This document shows, one piece after another, positions 30,688 to 40,982 of a stretch of 64,000 nucleotides of DNA. Position 1 is the first letter of the stretch, and the number at the start of each line of letters is the position of its first letter. Source of the DNA: Saccharofermentanales bacterium (GTDB lineage Bacteria > Bacillota > Clostridia > Saccharofermentanales > DTU023); the NCBI GenBank assembly GCA_050951845.1, contig JBMNJV010000002.1, positions 73,447 through 137,446 of the forward strand, written 5' to 3'. The notes beneath the pieces are model-generated. The model was given only the letters and a program-made list of their open reading frames with translations, did not search any database and was not told the origin of the DNA. A program made the position numbers and the translations under genes.

Positions 30688-31953
30688 ATGAATATAACCG
30701 GAATCATCGCCGAATATAATCCGTTTCATAACGGTCATTATTATCAGATCAAGCAAATCAGAAATTTGAGTCAAAGACCTTTTCTGGTTGCGATAATTTC
30801 CGGATATTTCTGTCAAAGAGGTGAACCGGCAATAATTTCACCGAGAATCAGAACAAAAATCGCCTTAGAGAACGGGATAGATCTGGTTTTACAAATGCCG
30901 ACCTATTCAGCCGTCGGTTCAGCTGAACTTTTCGCATCTGTTGCCGCAATCATCCTGGACCGAACCGGTATTTGTAAAAACATCGCTTTCGGGGCGGAGC
31001 AAAATCGTTTGAGTGAACTGGAACAAATAGCTTCTCTTCTGGTTAATCAGGAGAACGAGTTATGGCAATATATAGATATAAAATTAAAACTTGGAATATC
31101 ATATGCGGAAGCCCGTGAACATTTTGTTGCAGAAAAACTAAATCCGAAGATTGCTGCACTCCTGCAGCAATCAAATCAGATATTGGCAATCGAATATCTC
31201 AAAGCTATTTATAAAAATAAATTAAATTTAAAGCCCTGGCTGATTATACGACAAGGCAGTGAATACTTAAATCCCGATTTGAATTGTATTACCGGCAACA
31301 ATAGTTTCGCTCAGAGTCCTGCTGAATCAAGTTTTGCCTCGGCTTTGGCCATCCGTAATCAGATTGCAAAATCATCCGATGAACCGGGTTTTCCGGCTAA
31401 TTTAATTGAAAAACTGATGTCGGTTATTCCGCGTAAAGCTTTGGCAACATTACTTGACAATGTTGCACGACACAAAGCAATCAATATGGAACACTTTGCT
31501 GATTTATATTATTATGCACTTGAGAATACACAAGTACCCTTGACACGTTACTTGGATGAAGCTCTATTCAATCGTTTGAAAAAAATCGTGCGATTTACCG
31601 GTCATCATTATCCGCCGATCGAAGATTTGGTAGAACAAAGCAAAACCAAACAATTACCTGCAACGCGCGTTAAACGTGCTTTAACTAATTTATTGCTGAA
31701 TATTCAGGAAGAACCGGATTACGCTCCGGGTTATATTCAGGTTTTAGGCTTTAATAAACAAGGTCGTTATTTATTAAAACGTATGGCAAAATCCGCACAA
31801 TTACCGATCATAACCAATTTCAGCGAATTAAGTTCAGTCTTGACTCCGGACAATATGTGGCAAGCGGATTTGGAGCTGCGTACCGCCAGAATTTGGTTAC
31901 AACAAGCAGGCAGATCATTGAATGAATTATTTGACAGTCCCGTAATAGTTTAA
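30688..31953 (+). CDS. tmcAL: tRNA(Met) cytidine acetate ligase (YlbM/HIGH nucleotidyltransferase)
   Basis: GIIAEYNPFHNGH, SGYFCQRGEPA, SNQILAIEY, SALAIR, IQVLGFN..G. Confidence 0.9.
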   Translation: MNITGIIAEYNPFHNGHYYQIKQIRNLSQRPFLVAIISGYFCQRGEPAIISPRIRTKIALENGIDLVLQMPTYSAVGSAELFASVAAIILDRTGICKNIAFGAEQNRLSELEQIASLLVNQENELWQYIDIKLKLGISYAEAREHFVAEKLNPKIAALLQQSNQILAIEYLKAIYKNKLNLKPWLIIRQGSEYLNPDLNCITGNNSFAQSPAESSFASALAIRNQIAKSSDEPGFPANLIEKLMSVIPRKALATLLDNVARHKAINMEHFADLYYYALENTQVPLTRYLDEALFNRLKKIVRFTGHHYPPIEDLVEQSKTKQLPATRVKRALTNLLLNIQEEPDYAPGYIQVLGFNKQGRYLLKRMAKSAQLPIITNFSELSSVLTPDNMWQADLELRTARIWLQQAGRSLNELFDSPVIV

Positions 31954-32091
31954 AAATTGCCCTTAACAAAAAAGATTGATTAGTCTAAAATATTGATTCA
32001 GCAATTGATGTTACCTGATCGACTTATTAATTGATTAACTATCGACTGATTTTTTGATTATGAGTAACTCTCAGATAGATGGAGGCATTTA

Positions 32092-33315
32092 ATGACAAAT
32101 GTATATGACACATTGATCGAACGTGGCTATTTTGCTCAAGCAACACATCCGGAAGAAACCAGAGAATTTCTTGCCGAACCCGGTGCAGTTTTTTATATAG
32201 GTTTCGACCCTACCGCCGACAGTTTACACATCGGACATTTAACACAAATGATGGTTATGGCTCATATGCAAAAAGCCGGCCATATCCCTATCGCATTGAT
32301 GGGCGGCGGTACCGGTATGATCGGCGATCCGTCAGGCCGTTCCGATATGCGCCAATTAATGACTCCCGAAACGATTCAGCACAATGTTGATAAATTCAAA
32401 GAACAAATGTCACGATTGCTCGATTTTTCGGACGATAAGGCCATCATGGTAAATAATGCGGATTGGCTGCTTGATATTAATTATGTTGATTTTTTACGTG
32501 AAATAGGTGTGAATTTTTCAGTAAATAAGATGCTGGCTACCGATATTTATAAAAATCGTCTGGAAGAAGGTTTGACTTATTTCGAATTCAGTTATATTCT
32601 TTTGCAATCCTATGATTTTCTGGAACTGTATCGTCGTTACGGCTGTCGTTTGCAAATGGGCGGTAACGATCAATGGGCTAATATTATTTCCGGCGTTGAT
32701 CTGATTCGCCGCAAAGAACAGGGCGAAGCTTACGGTATGACTTTTAATTTGCTGACGGACTCAGAAGGCAACAAAATGGGCAAAACTCAAAAAGGTGCTT
32801 TATGGCTTGATGCCGACAAACTTTCACCTTTTGAATTTTATCAGTATTTCAGAAACTTGGAAGACGATTCAATTATCAAAACGATGAAAACTTTAACCTT
32901 CCTGCCAATGAGCGAAATCGCAGAATATGCAAAATTGGAAGGTCAGGCAATCAATCAGGCAAAAGAAGTATTAGCCTTTGAAGTAACAAAAATTGTTCAC
33001 GGTGAAACAGCCGCCCTATCAGCTCAAAAACAAGCTCATCAATTATTTTCCGGTTCAGGCAGATCGGACGATATGCCGACTACGGAACTGACTCACGATG
33101 TTGCCTATAATACTCCGATTTTGGATTTGTTGGCCGACAGCGGAATTGTGCCCTCCAAGAGCGAAGGTCGCAGATTAATCAAGCAAGGCGGTGTTTATCT
33201 GAATGATGAAGCAATTTCAGACGCTGCTTATTTATTACAGCCCGACGATTTTGTTGAAGGTGAAGCAATCATCCGCCGCGGCAAGAAAAACTTTTTCCGT
33301 TTAGTGTTAGTTTAA
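32092..33315 (+). CDS. tyrS: Tyrosine--tRNA ligase
   Basis: [29 protein letters not shown]-terminal S4 domain. Confidence 0.98.
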   Translation: MTNVYDTLIERGYFAQATHPEETREFLAEPGAVFYIGFDPTADSLHIGHLTQMMVMAHMQKAGHIPIALMGGGTGMIGDPSGRSDMRQLMTPETIQHNVDKFKEQMSRLLDFSDDKAIMVNNADWLLDINYVDFLREIGVNFSVNKMLATDIYKNRLEEGLTYFEFSYILLQSYDFLELYRRYGCRLQMGGNDQWANIISGVDLIRRKEQGEAYGMTFNLLTDSEGNKMGKTQKGALWLDADKLSPFEFYQYFRNLEDDSIIKTMKTLTFLPMSEIAEYAKLEGQAINQAKEVLAFEVTKIVHGETAALSAQKQAHQLFSGSGRSDDMPTTELTHDVAYNTPILDLLADSGIVPSKSEGRRLIKQGGVYLNDEAISDAAYLLQPDDFVEGEAIIRRGKKNFFRLVLV

Positions 33316-33324
33316 AATCTGCTC

Positions 33325-33366
33325 ATTTTCGAGTTGTGCAAATCAAAATTTGCACAACTCGAAAAT
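33325..33366. terminator. Perfect 19-bp stem hairpin between convergent tyrS and the aminopeptidase gene (likely bidirectional terminator)
   Basis: ATTTTCGAGTTGTGCAAAT-CAAA-ATTTGCACAACTCGAAAAT. Confidence 0.8.
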
Positions 33367-33442
33367 TTGAACAATCCTGCATCCATTGTTGCTTAATATT
33401 TCTATAATCAATAAAGTAAATGCTCTGAAATTTAAACGGAAC

Positions 33443-34906
33443 TCAGCCTTTGGTCATAAAGACCTTGTAGGCCCGATAGGTATTATATACATCAATTTTT
33501 GAAGTAATTTCAAAACAGGAATGCATTGCAAACATACAGACACCGCAATCAATAACATTCATCCCCGTGGTTGCAAAATATTTGGCAATAGTGCCGCCGC
33601 CACCGGCATCAACTTTGCCCATATCCGAGATTTGATACGGTATTTCATTCGCATCCAGCAAATTAGTTAAACAGGCAACAAACTCCGCATTGGCATCGTT
33701 CGTGCCGTACTTGCCGGCATGACCGGTATATTTGTTGATTGACATGCCTTTTGAAAGGTAGGAGCTGTTTACCGGATCGGATACTTCAGCATAGATCGGA
33801 TCATAGGCATTCGTAACATCGGATGACAGCAAATTCGTATTCAGATAAAATTGCTGAATCTCTTGCATGCTCGGTTCGCGACCGATAATCTTTTCATGTA
33901 ATGTGTTCAAAAGATATTGAAAAACTTGTGATTGAGCACCGGTATTGCCGTCACTGCCTATTTCTTCTTTGTCTGCAAATAGAATCACTGCTGTTTTAGT
34001 GACCGATTCTGTATCGAGCAAAGCTTGTAAGGATGTATAAGCACATACTCTGTCATCCTGACCATAAGCGCCGATCATCGAGCGGTCAAAACCGACATCT
34101 CTGGCAAAATGAGCCGGTACAACTTCGATTTCAGCCCGATTGAAATCCGCTTCTTTAATACCATATTTCTCATTTAACAGATTTAGAATACCCAGCTTAA
34201 AACGTTCGCTGATATCTTTGTCCGGATAGGGAATGCTTCCGATCAGAACCTGAAGTTTCTCACCTTCAACATATTCCGTAATCTTTTTATTTGCCCGATG
34301 ATAATCAAGATGAGGTAATAAATCGGTTACGGTAAATACCGGGTCTTCAGGATCATCACCTACATTAATCTCGACTCTTTTTCCGTCACTCAAATAGATC
34401 ACCCCATGCAGTGCCAATTGAGTCGAAAGCCAATGGTATTTTTTGATTCCGCCATAATAATGTGTTTTGAAGTAGACGAGTTCATTCTCTTCAATCAGAG
34501 GATTGGGTTTCAAATCTAAGCGGGGTGAATCAATATGTGATGCTACAATATTAAACCCGTTCTTCGGTACTTCCGTTCCGATTAAAGCTGCAACTAAAAT
34601 TTTATCATGTATTGTGGCATATACTTTATTGCCATTTTCTATTTTTTCAAATTCAGTAAGATGCTTAAAGCCGGCAATTTCTAATTGTTCGACTGTATAT
34701 TGGATAAAACGCCGCTCGGTCTTTCCATAATTCAAAGCTTTTTTATAGCCTTCTGCAAATTCAAATATCTTATCTTGATCTTCGCTTTGAATATCCCAAC
34801 AGTTTTCTTTTTTTACAAATAACTGATTTTTTAATACTTCCGCTTCATTATCTGCTTTTTTATCCGCTTTATTATTTGTATTTATATTATCTTTTATCTT
34901 TGTCAT
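33443..34906 (-). CDS. M18 family aminopeptidase
   Basis: SHIDSPRL, YYGGIKKY, YGQDDR, DKEEIGS, GGGTIA, AMHS. Confidence 0.92.
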   Translation of the reverse strand: MTKIKDNINTNNKADKKADNEAEVLKNQLFVKKENCWDIQSEDQDKIFEFAEGYKKALNYGKTERRFIQYTVEQLEIAGFKHLTEFEKIENGNKVYATIHDKILVAALIGTEVPKNGFNIVASHIDSPRLDLKPNPLIEENELVYFKTHYYGGIKKYHWLSTQLALHGVIYLSDGKRVEINVGDDPEDPVFTVTDLLPHLDYHRANKKITEYVEGEKLQVLIGSIPYPDKDISERFKLGILNLLNEKYGIKEADFNRAEIEVVPAHFARDVGFDRSMIGAYGQDDRVCAYTSLQALLDTESVTKTAVILFADKEEIGSDGNTGAQSQVFQYLLNTLHEKIIGREPSMQEIQQFYLNTNLLSSDVTNAYDPIYAEVSDPVNSSYLSKGMSINKYTGHAGKYGTNDANAEFVACLTNLLDANEIPYQISDMGKVDAGGGGTIAKYFATTGMNVIDCGVCMFAMHSCFEITSKIDVYNTYRAYKVFMTKG

Positions 34907-34932
34907 TATATTTCCTTCTAATCGCCGGGTAA

Positions 34933-36123
34933 TTATAATATATCAATTTGTAATTCTTCTGATAATTTTTCAGAAAAATGCAGATTTCCCTCTTGATCCA
35001 AAAAAACAGCATGGATATTGTCCTGACTATTAATTAATTCCATACCTTTCTCTAATCCTAAGACAAAACATGCCGTACTTAAGGCATCGCCCGTAACACT
35101 TTGTTCACTGATAATTGTTACAGATGCTAAGTCGTTATTTACAGGCATCCCTGTCTCGGAATCCAAAATATGATGATAAAAATGCCCGTCTTTTTCGAAG
35201 AATCTTTCATAAATGCCCGATGTCACTACCGATTGATAAAAATCATTTAAATGTACGGCAGCAACATATCCTTCTTTGAACGGCTTTTGAATGCCTATCG
35301 TAAAACCTGTATTATCCGCTTTTGTTCCGATACACAGAACATTGCCGCCCAGATTAATGATTGCACTTTTAACGCCTTTTTCTACTAAACAGGCTTTCAT
35401 TTGATCTGCGATGTACCCTTTCGCAATAGCCCCCAAGTCAATTTTCGTGTCAGCATTTGTAAAGCTGACTTGATTATCATTCACTTGAATATTTTTATAA
35501 TTTACAGTTTTTAATGCTTTTTGTATGCTTTCTGCAGAAGGAACTATTTCAGAGCCAGAAGTAAAATCCCATAAATCAGTTACGGAGCCAATTGATATAT
35601 CCAGAGCTCCGGCTGATATTTCCGAATATTTTAATGCCTCTTGTAACAAATTTGCAGTACTGTCCGAAACTTGATTAATTATTCTATTATTTAACTGTGA
35701 AACTTCACTATCAGGAATTGTCCAGGACAATTGATTTTCATATTCTCTGCATAATTCAAATGTATCATTTATTAAATCCTGATCGGTTTCGTTATAAAGA
35801 ATAATTTCACAATGTGTATTGAGCAGAAAAGCGGAGCCTATCAGCTTATTATCCTGTTGTTCTATATAAACAGGTAACTCCGGCTGCTGTTCTTCACCAT
35901 GAACAGAAGACTCCTGCTCATTTTCTGAAATACGAACAGAAGATTTATCCTGTTCTTTTTCATGAACAAAGGTTTCCTGATCATTTGCTGAAATATCGGA
36001 TTGTTGAACGAGTTGATCCTCAGGGATATTCTGCTGAGAATTTTTTGAATCACATCCGCTTAAGATGCTCAAGTTAAAAATCAGAAAAAAAGCTGCAATT
36101 TTGTTAAAGATTTTACTTTTCAT
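34933..36123 (-). CDS. apbE: FAD:protein FMN transferase lipoprotein (ApbE/FmnB)
   Basis: Lipobox LSGC, DLGAIAKGY, INLGGN, TSGIYER, HHILD, DALSTA. Confidence 0.93.
   Translation of the reverse strand: MKSKIFNKIAAFFLIFNLSILSGCDSKNSQQNIPEDQLVQQSDISANDQETFVHEKEQDKSSVRISENEQESSVHGEEQQPELPVYIEQQDNKLIGSAFLLNTHCEIILYNETDQDLINDTFELCREYENQLSWTIPDSEVSQLNNRIINQVSDSTANLLQEALKYSEISAGALDISIGSVTDLWDFTSGSEIVPSAESIQKALKTVNYKNIQVNDNQVSFTNADTKIDLGAIAKGYIADQMKACLVEKGVKSAIINLGGNVLCIGTKADNTGFTIGIQKPFKEGYVAAVHLNDFYQSVVTSGIYERFFEKDGHFYHHILDSETGMPVNNDLASVTIISEQSVTGDALSTACFVLGLEKGMELINSQDNIHAVFLDQEGNLHFSEKLSEELQIDIL
35884..36003 (-). repeat. Imperfect 63-bp (21-aa) tandem duplication in the ApbE N-terminal tether
   Basis: ISANDQETFVHEKEQDKSSVR / ISENEQESSVHGEEQQPELPV; boundaries approximate. 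Confidence 0.6.
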
Positions 36124-36188
36124 AAGCTACCTTTTCATTTAAATCGCTTGATAGTATAATACAAAATCATGCTTTAGTAAATTTGGAT

Positions 36189-36566
36189 ATGAGTGCCATC
36201 GTGAAATTAAAACGCAACGATCTTATTTTAATAATTGCTTTATTAATCATTGCCGTTATCTCGTTTTTTTTAATTCAATCTATGAAAAAAGTAGGTGGAA
36301 CTGTTTCAGTTCTTCGCGATAATCAAGAGATTTATAATTTACCATTGAATCAAGATCTTAATCTGATGATTGAATCGAATGGACAATATAATGAATTGAT
36401 TATTCAAGATCGTAAAGTTTGGATAGAAAGTGCCAATTGTTCGAATCAAATCTGTGTTAGGCATCCCAAGATACGATACTCCGGCGAAACAATCATTTGT
36501 CTGCCCCATCGCTTGGTCATTACTATTGTTGACGGGGAACCGATTTTTGATTCGTTCAGTTATTGA
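36189..36566 (+). CDS. NusG domain II (DUF1312) membrane-anchored protein, EetA-like
   Basis: N-terminal TM, ANCSNQICV and IICLPHRLVI motifs; start may be GTG 36201. Confidence 0.85.
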   Translation: MSAIVKLKRNDLILIIALLIIAVISFFLIQSMKKVGGTVSVLRDNQEIYNLPLNQDLNLMIESNGQYNELIIQDRKVWIESANCSNQICVRHPKIRYSGETIICLPHRLVITIVDGEPIFDSFSY

Positions 36567-36577
36567 ATGAGTAAATT

Positions 36578-37075
36578 ATGAAAACGAAACATATGACTTT
36601 GCTTGCAATGCTGATCGCTATTTCTATGATCCTCAGTTATTTAGAATCATTATTACCGCAAATTTATATCGTGCCTGGTATTAAATTGGGATTGGCAAAT
36701 ATTCCGGTAATGTTCGCTGTTTTTAAATTAAAACCGGCCGATGCTTTATTAATTTCCGGTATTCGTATCTTTTTGTTATCTATGTTGTTCAGAAGTTTTC
36801 TCTCATTTATCTTCAGCATAACGGGCGGACTGATAAGTGTTGCTTTGATGTTGCTTTTCAAAAAAATCAACACATTCTCAATCCTGGGAATCAGTGTGAT
36901 AGGCGGTGTTGCACATAATTTAGGTCAGATATTGATTGCAGCATTTATTGTTAATACACCGGGGCTTTTATTTTATTTACCGATTTTAATCATAGCCGGT
37001 ACTCTTGCCGGAATTGCAATTGGTGTGATCTGTAATTTATTGGTGAATCGTATTCAATTGCCGTTTTCAGATTAA
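36578..37075 (+). CDS. Gx transporter / heptaprenyl diphosphate synthase component I family membrane protein, EetB-like
   Basis: LSYLE, PGIKLGLAN, GGVAHNLGQ motifs. Confidence 0.88.
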   Translation: MKTKHMTLLAMLIAISMILSYLESLLPQIYIVPGIKLGLANIPVMFAVFKLKPADALLISGIRIFLLSMLFRSFLSFIFSITGGLISVALMLLFKKINTFSILGISVIGGVAHNLGQILIAAFIVNTPGLLFYLPILIIAGTLAGIAIGVICNLLVNRIQLPFSD

Positions 37076-37091
37076 ATGTTCTGATTCCGGT

Positions 37092-38399
37092 TTATTCCAG
37101 CGATTCCAAAAACTCTAACCATGATTTGATTTTTGCTTCGTATCCTTGTTCCGATGGTTGATAATATTTATTATTTTTAATTTGTTCCGGCAAAAATTGC
37201 ATCTTTACATAATGATGCGGAAAATCATGTGCATATTTATAACCTTGAGAATAACCGTGTTTTTTCATTTCATCGATCGGCGCATTGCGCAAATGATACG
37301 GAATCTCACCGGTTCTTCGATTTTTCACATCTGCCAGAGCCGCATCAATTCCCAAGTATGTCGTATTAGATTTAGGTGAAGTCGCAACCAAAACAGCCGC
37401 TTCAGCCAGGATTATTCTCGCTTCCGGCATACCGATCATTTTGGTTGCCTGATATGCGGCAACAGCAATCGAAAGTATTTGCGGATTTGCCAAACCGACA
37501 TCCTCGGCAGCACAAATTACGATTCTCCGTGCAAGAAATTCTATATCTTCTCCGCCATGTAAAGCCCGGGCCAAATAAAACAAAGTAGCATCCGGATCAC
37601 TGCCGCGCATTGATTTGATAAAAGCACTGATTGTATCATAATGAGCCTCTCCGCCTTTATCAAAAGCCGGACTGCGTTTTTGCATACAGTCTTTGATCGT
37701 CGGCAGGTCTATTACGATTTTCCCTTGCTGATTCGGATGTGTAGTCAAAACCGCCAGTTCCAAACCGTTCAAAGCAATTCGCGCATCACCGTTTGATAAG
37801 TCGCTGATGAATTCTTTTGCTTTCGATTCAATTTCAATATCCAAACCGCCGTAACCATATACCGGATCAGTTAGTGCCCGCTCTACAATTAGTGTAATAT
37901 TCTCTTTGGTTAAAGGTTTGAGTTGAAATACCGTAGATCTTGAAATCAATGCTTTATTAACTTCAAAATAGGGATTTTCGGTTGTGGCACCGATCAGAAT
38001 CAGAGTACCGTCTTCAACCTGGGGCAATAAAGCATCTTGTTGAGCTTTGTTGAAACGATGAATTTCATCAATAAACAATACCGTTCTGCCTTGCGGAGTT
38101 AAAATCAGATTTTGTGTATCACTGATCACCTGTTTGATATCTTTGACACCTGAAGTGACCGCATTGAGTTGCTTAAATCCTATTTCGGTTGTCGCGGCTA
38201 TTACTCTGGCCAAACTCGTCTTGCCTGTACCGGGAGGACCGAACAGAATAATAGAACTCAGACGATCCGCTTCAATCATTCTGCGCAGCATTTTCCCTTC
38301 AGCCAAAATATGTTCCTGACCGACAAATTCTTCTAATTTGCGCGGAACCATACGGTAGGCTAAAGGTTGTTTATGCTGTGTAAAATTTATATTTTTCAT
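37092..38399 (-). CDS. rarA: Replication-associated recombination protein A (RarA/MgsA)
   Basis: [39 protein letters not shown]. Confidence 0.95.
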   Translation of the reverse strand: MKNINFTQHKQPLAYRMVPRKLEEFVGQEHILAEGKMLRRMIEADRLSSIILFGPPGTGKTSLARVIAATTEIGFKQLNAVTSGVKDIKQVISDTQNLILTPQGRTVLFIDEIHRFNKAQQDALLPQVEDGTLILIGATTENPYFEVNKALISRSTVFQLKPLTKENITLIVERALTDPVYGYGGLDIEIESKAKEFISDLSNGDARIALNGLELAVLTTHPNQQGKIVIDLPTIKDCMQKRSPAFDKGGEAHYDTISAFIKSMRGSDPDATLFYLARALHGGEDIEFLARRIVICAAEDVGLANPQILSIAVAAYQATKMIGMPEARIILAEAAVLVATSPKSNTTYLGIDAALADVKNRRTGEIPYHLRNAPIDEMKKHGYSQGYKYAHDFPHHYVKMQFLPEQIKNNKYYQPSEQGYEAKIKSWLEFLESLE

Positions 38400-39640
38400 T
38401 TGTAGTCAGAATAAAGCGGATATTTCTCACACAAACCGGCAACTCTTGATAGAATTTGCGGCTTGTTTTTTTCAAAATCAAAGATTGCCAGTGAAATCAG
38501 TTCGGCAATTTCTTCCATGTCCTTTTCGACAAATCCTCTTGTTGTCAAAGCCGGTGTTCCAAGTCTGAGACCACTGGTCACTGTCGGTTTTTCCGTGTCA
38601 TAAGGAATTGTGTTTTTATTCGTCGTAATATTGACCGATTCTAAACGCTTTTCCAACTCACGTCCGGTGATCCCGGTTTCACGCAGATTTATCAAAATCA
38701 AATGATTGTCCGTACCGCCCGAAACCAAATTAACATTATGTGCCTGCAAACCGTTCGCTAAAGCTTGTGCATTATTGATAATCTGTTGAGAATAGATCTT
38801 GAATTCAGGTTGTAAAGCTTCGCCGAAAGCAACCGCTTTTGCCGCAATTATATGCATCAGAGGTCCGCCTTGTGTTCCGGGGAAAACTGCGGAATCTATT
38901 TGTCTGGCATATTGTTCTTTACACATAATTAATCCGCCGCGCGGACCGCGCAAAGTCTTATGGGTAGTTGTCGTGACAAAATCCGCGTAAGGTATCGGAC
39001 TCATATGTAAACCCGCTGCAACTAAACCTGCAATATGAGCCATATCCACTAATAATAATGCTCCGACTTCATCTGCTATTTCACGGAATTTAGCAAAATC
39101 GATTTTTCTCGGATAGGCGCTTGCCCCGGCAACAATCAATTTCGGTTGAACTTCTTTAGCTGTTTGATAAAGTGCATCATAATCAATTTGATGGGTTTGC
39201 GGATCAACTTTGTAGCCATGAGCTTCAAAATATTTACCGGAGAAGTTAATTTTCATACCGTGTGTTAAATGGCCGCCCTGATCCAAATCCATGCCTAAAA
39301 TTTTATCACCGTAATTTAACATTTTAAAATATACTGCCGCATTGGCTTGAGCGCCGGAATGAGGCTGAACGTTGACATGTTCCGCACCGAACAATTCTTT
39401 TGCCCTGTTAATAGCAAGATCTTCCGCAACATCAACAAATTCACATCCGCCATAATAACGGCGCCCGGGATAACCCTCTGCATATTTGTTGGTCAGGACT
39501 GAACCTTGAGCTGCCAATACCGCTTCGCTGACAAAGTTTTCCGAAGCGATTAATTCCAGATGATCTTTTTGTCTTTGCAATTCATCATTCAGAGCCTGAT
39601 ACAGCTCCGGGTCTTGTTGTTTAATGATTTCGTAGGGCAT
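38396..39640 (-). CDS. glyA: Serine hydroxymethyltransferase
   Basis: [34 protein letters not shown]. Confidence 0.98.
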   Translation of the reverse strand: MPYEIIKQQDPELYQALNDELQRQKDHLELIASENFVSEAVLAAQGSVLTNKYAEGYPGRRYYGGCEFVDVAEDLAINRAKELFGAEHVNVQPHSGAQANAAVYFKMLNYGDKILGMDLDQGGHLTHGMKINFSGKYFEAHGYKVDPQTHQIDYDALYQTAKEVQPKLIVAGASAYPRKIDFAKFREIADEVGALLLVDMAHIAGLVAAGLHMSPIPYADFVTTTTHKTLRGPRGGLIMCKEQYARQIDSAVFPGTQGGPLMHIIAAKAVAFGEALQPEFKIYSQQIINNAQALANGLQAHNVNLVSGGTDNHLILINLRETGITGRELEKRLESVNITTNKNTIPYDTEKPTVTSGLRLGTPALTTRGFVEKDMEEIAELISLAIFDFEKNKPQILSRVAGLCEKYPLYSDYK

Positions 39641-39729
39641 TTTATATATTCCTCCAATTATTATTGTTTATTAATAAATATTCATGAAGCAGTTCAGCAA
39701 ATCATGAATTCCGATATTGTCGCCTGATT

Positions 39730-40917
39730 TCAGACAATGATTGTTTCTATCTTATTTAAACCTTGTTCAACCAATAGCTCAATAGCCAAATCCTGCTCCG
39801 CCTGTTCACAATCTATCCGGTTCGGATTAATTTTCGGATGTTTGGCAACAAAAATCGTACAACAATCTTCGTAAGGTAAAATTGAAGTTTCATAAGTATC
39901 AATTTCACGTGCCAATTTGATTGTATCATTTTTATCAATACCGATTAAAGGGCGGAAAACCGGTCGGTCAACCACGGAATTAGTACATCTCAGGGCCTCA
40001 ACCGTCTGACTTGCCACTTGCCCCAAACTTTCACCCGTAATCAGACAATTTATCTTATTTTTTTCCGCCAAACGATCAGCTATCCGCATCATCATTCTGC
40101 GCATGATTACGGTCAACATTTCTCCCGGTACTTTTTGATTAAGTTCCAATTGAATATCGGTAAAATCCACGATATGTAAAGGTAATCTGCCGCAAAAATC
40201 ACTTAATCTGCCTGCCAGATCAATCACTTTTTGTTTTGCCTGATCTCCGGTATAAGGAAATGTATGAAAATAAATCGCCTCTAACTGCAGACCGCGTGAT
40301 GCCATTTGAAAACCGGCGACCGGACTGTCAATACCGCCTGAAAGCAGCAACATTCCCGTTCCGCTGGTACCTACCGGTAAACCGCTGTATGCCGGTTGAA
40401 TTTCATGATATAAATATATTTCCTGACGTATTTCAATTTGAAACAAAAAATCCGGATTGTGTACATCAACTGTGGCTTGTTCCGGATATGTCAGTAATAC
40501 TTTTTCACCTAAGTCGCAATTTAATTGATAAGAATTTAAAGGAAAATTTTTATCAATCCGGCGAGTTTCGAATTTGAAACTATGTTCAGCACCGTCAGCA
40601 TATAATTCGGCAACATAAGCCTTAACCTGAGCGAATAAAAGATCTTTATCATTGGCAAATCGCCTGACCGGACTGGCGGAAACATAACCGAATACATCTT
40701 TGATACGCTTAAGAATTTCCCCGGTCGGAAAATCGAACTGATCCTGCTGTCGTTTTTCAATATATACTCTTGATTGATCCTGATATATTTTAAATTTACC
40801 CAGATCACGCAAACGATAGCGCAAATTGGAAATTAAGCGTGTTTCAAATTTATGTCTATTCAAGCCTTTGAGAGCAATTTCTCCCAAACGAATTAAAATC
40901 AGCTCCTGATAATCTAT
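39730..40917 (-). CDS. thiI: tRNA 4-thiouridine synthase ThiI (THUMP + PP-loop), probable ATA start
   Basis: GEIALKG, LLSGGIDSPVA, TGESLGQVASQT, EDCC. The frame extends 10 codons upstream of TTG 40887 to ATA 40917, 6 nt after SD GAAAGAGGG. Confidence 0.92.
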   Translation of the reverse strand: MDYQELILIRLGEIALKGLNRHKFETRLISNLRYRLRDLGKFKIYQDQSRVYIEKRQQDQFDFPTGEILKRIKDVFGYVSASPVRRFANDKDLLFAQVKAYVAELYADGAEHSFKFETRRIDKNFPLNSYQLNCDLGEKVLLTYPEQATVDVHNPDFLFQIEIRQEIYLYHEIQPAYSGLPVGTSGTGMLLLSGGIDSPVAGFQMASRGLQLEAIYFHTFPYTGDQAKQKVIDLAGRLSDFCGRLPLHIVDFTDIQLELNQKVPGEMLTVIMRRMMMRIADRLAEKNKINCLITGESLGQVASQTVEALRCTNSVVDRPVFRPLIGIDKNDTIKLAREIDTYETSILPYEDCCTIFVAKHPKINPNRIDCEQAEQDLAIELLVEQGLNKIETIIV

Positions 40918-40982
40918 TTTAATCCCTCTTTCATTTTAAACTATAAATTTAAACTATTAACAAACAAACTTTAGTTTACCGA

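Noticed and set aside
31954-32091. T-box leader for tyrS
   Set aside because: Only 138 bp, with no GGTGGNACC T-box motif or terminator/antiterminator; just loose TTGATT-rich sequence.
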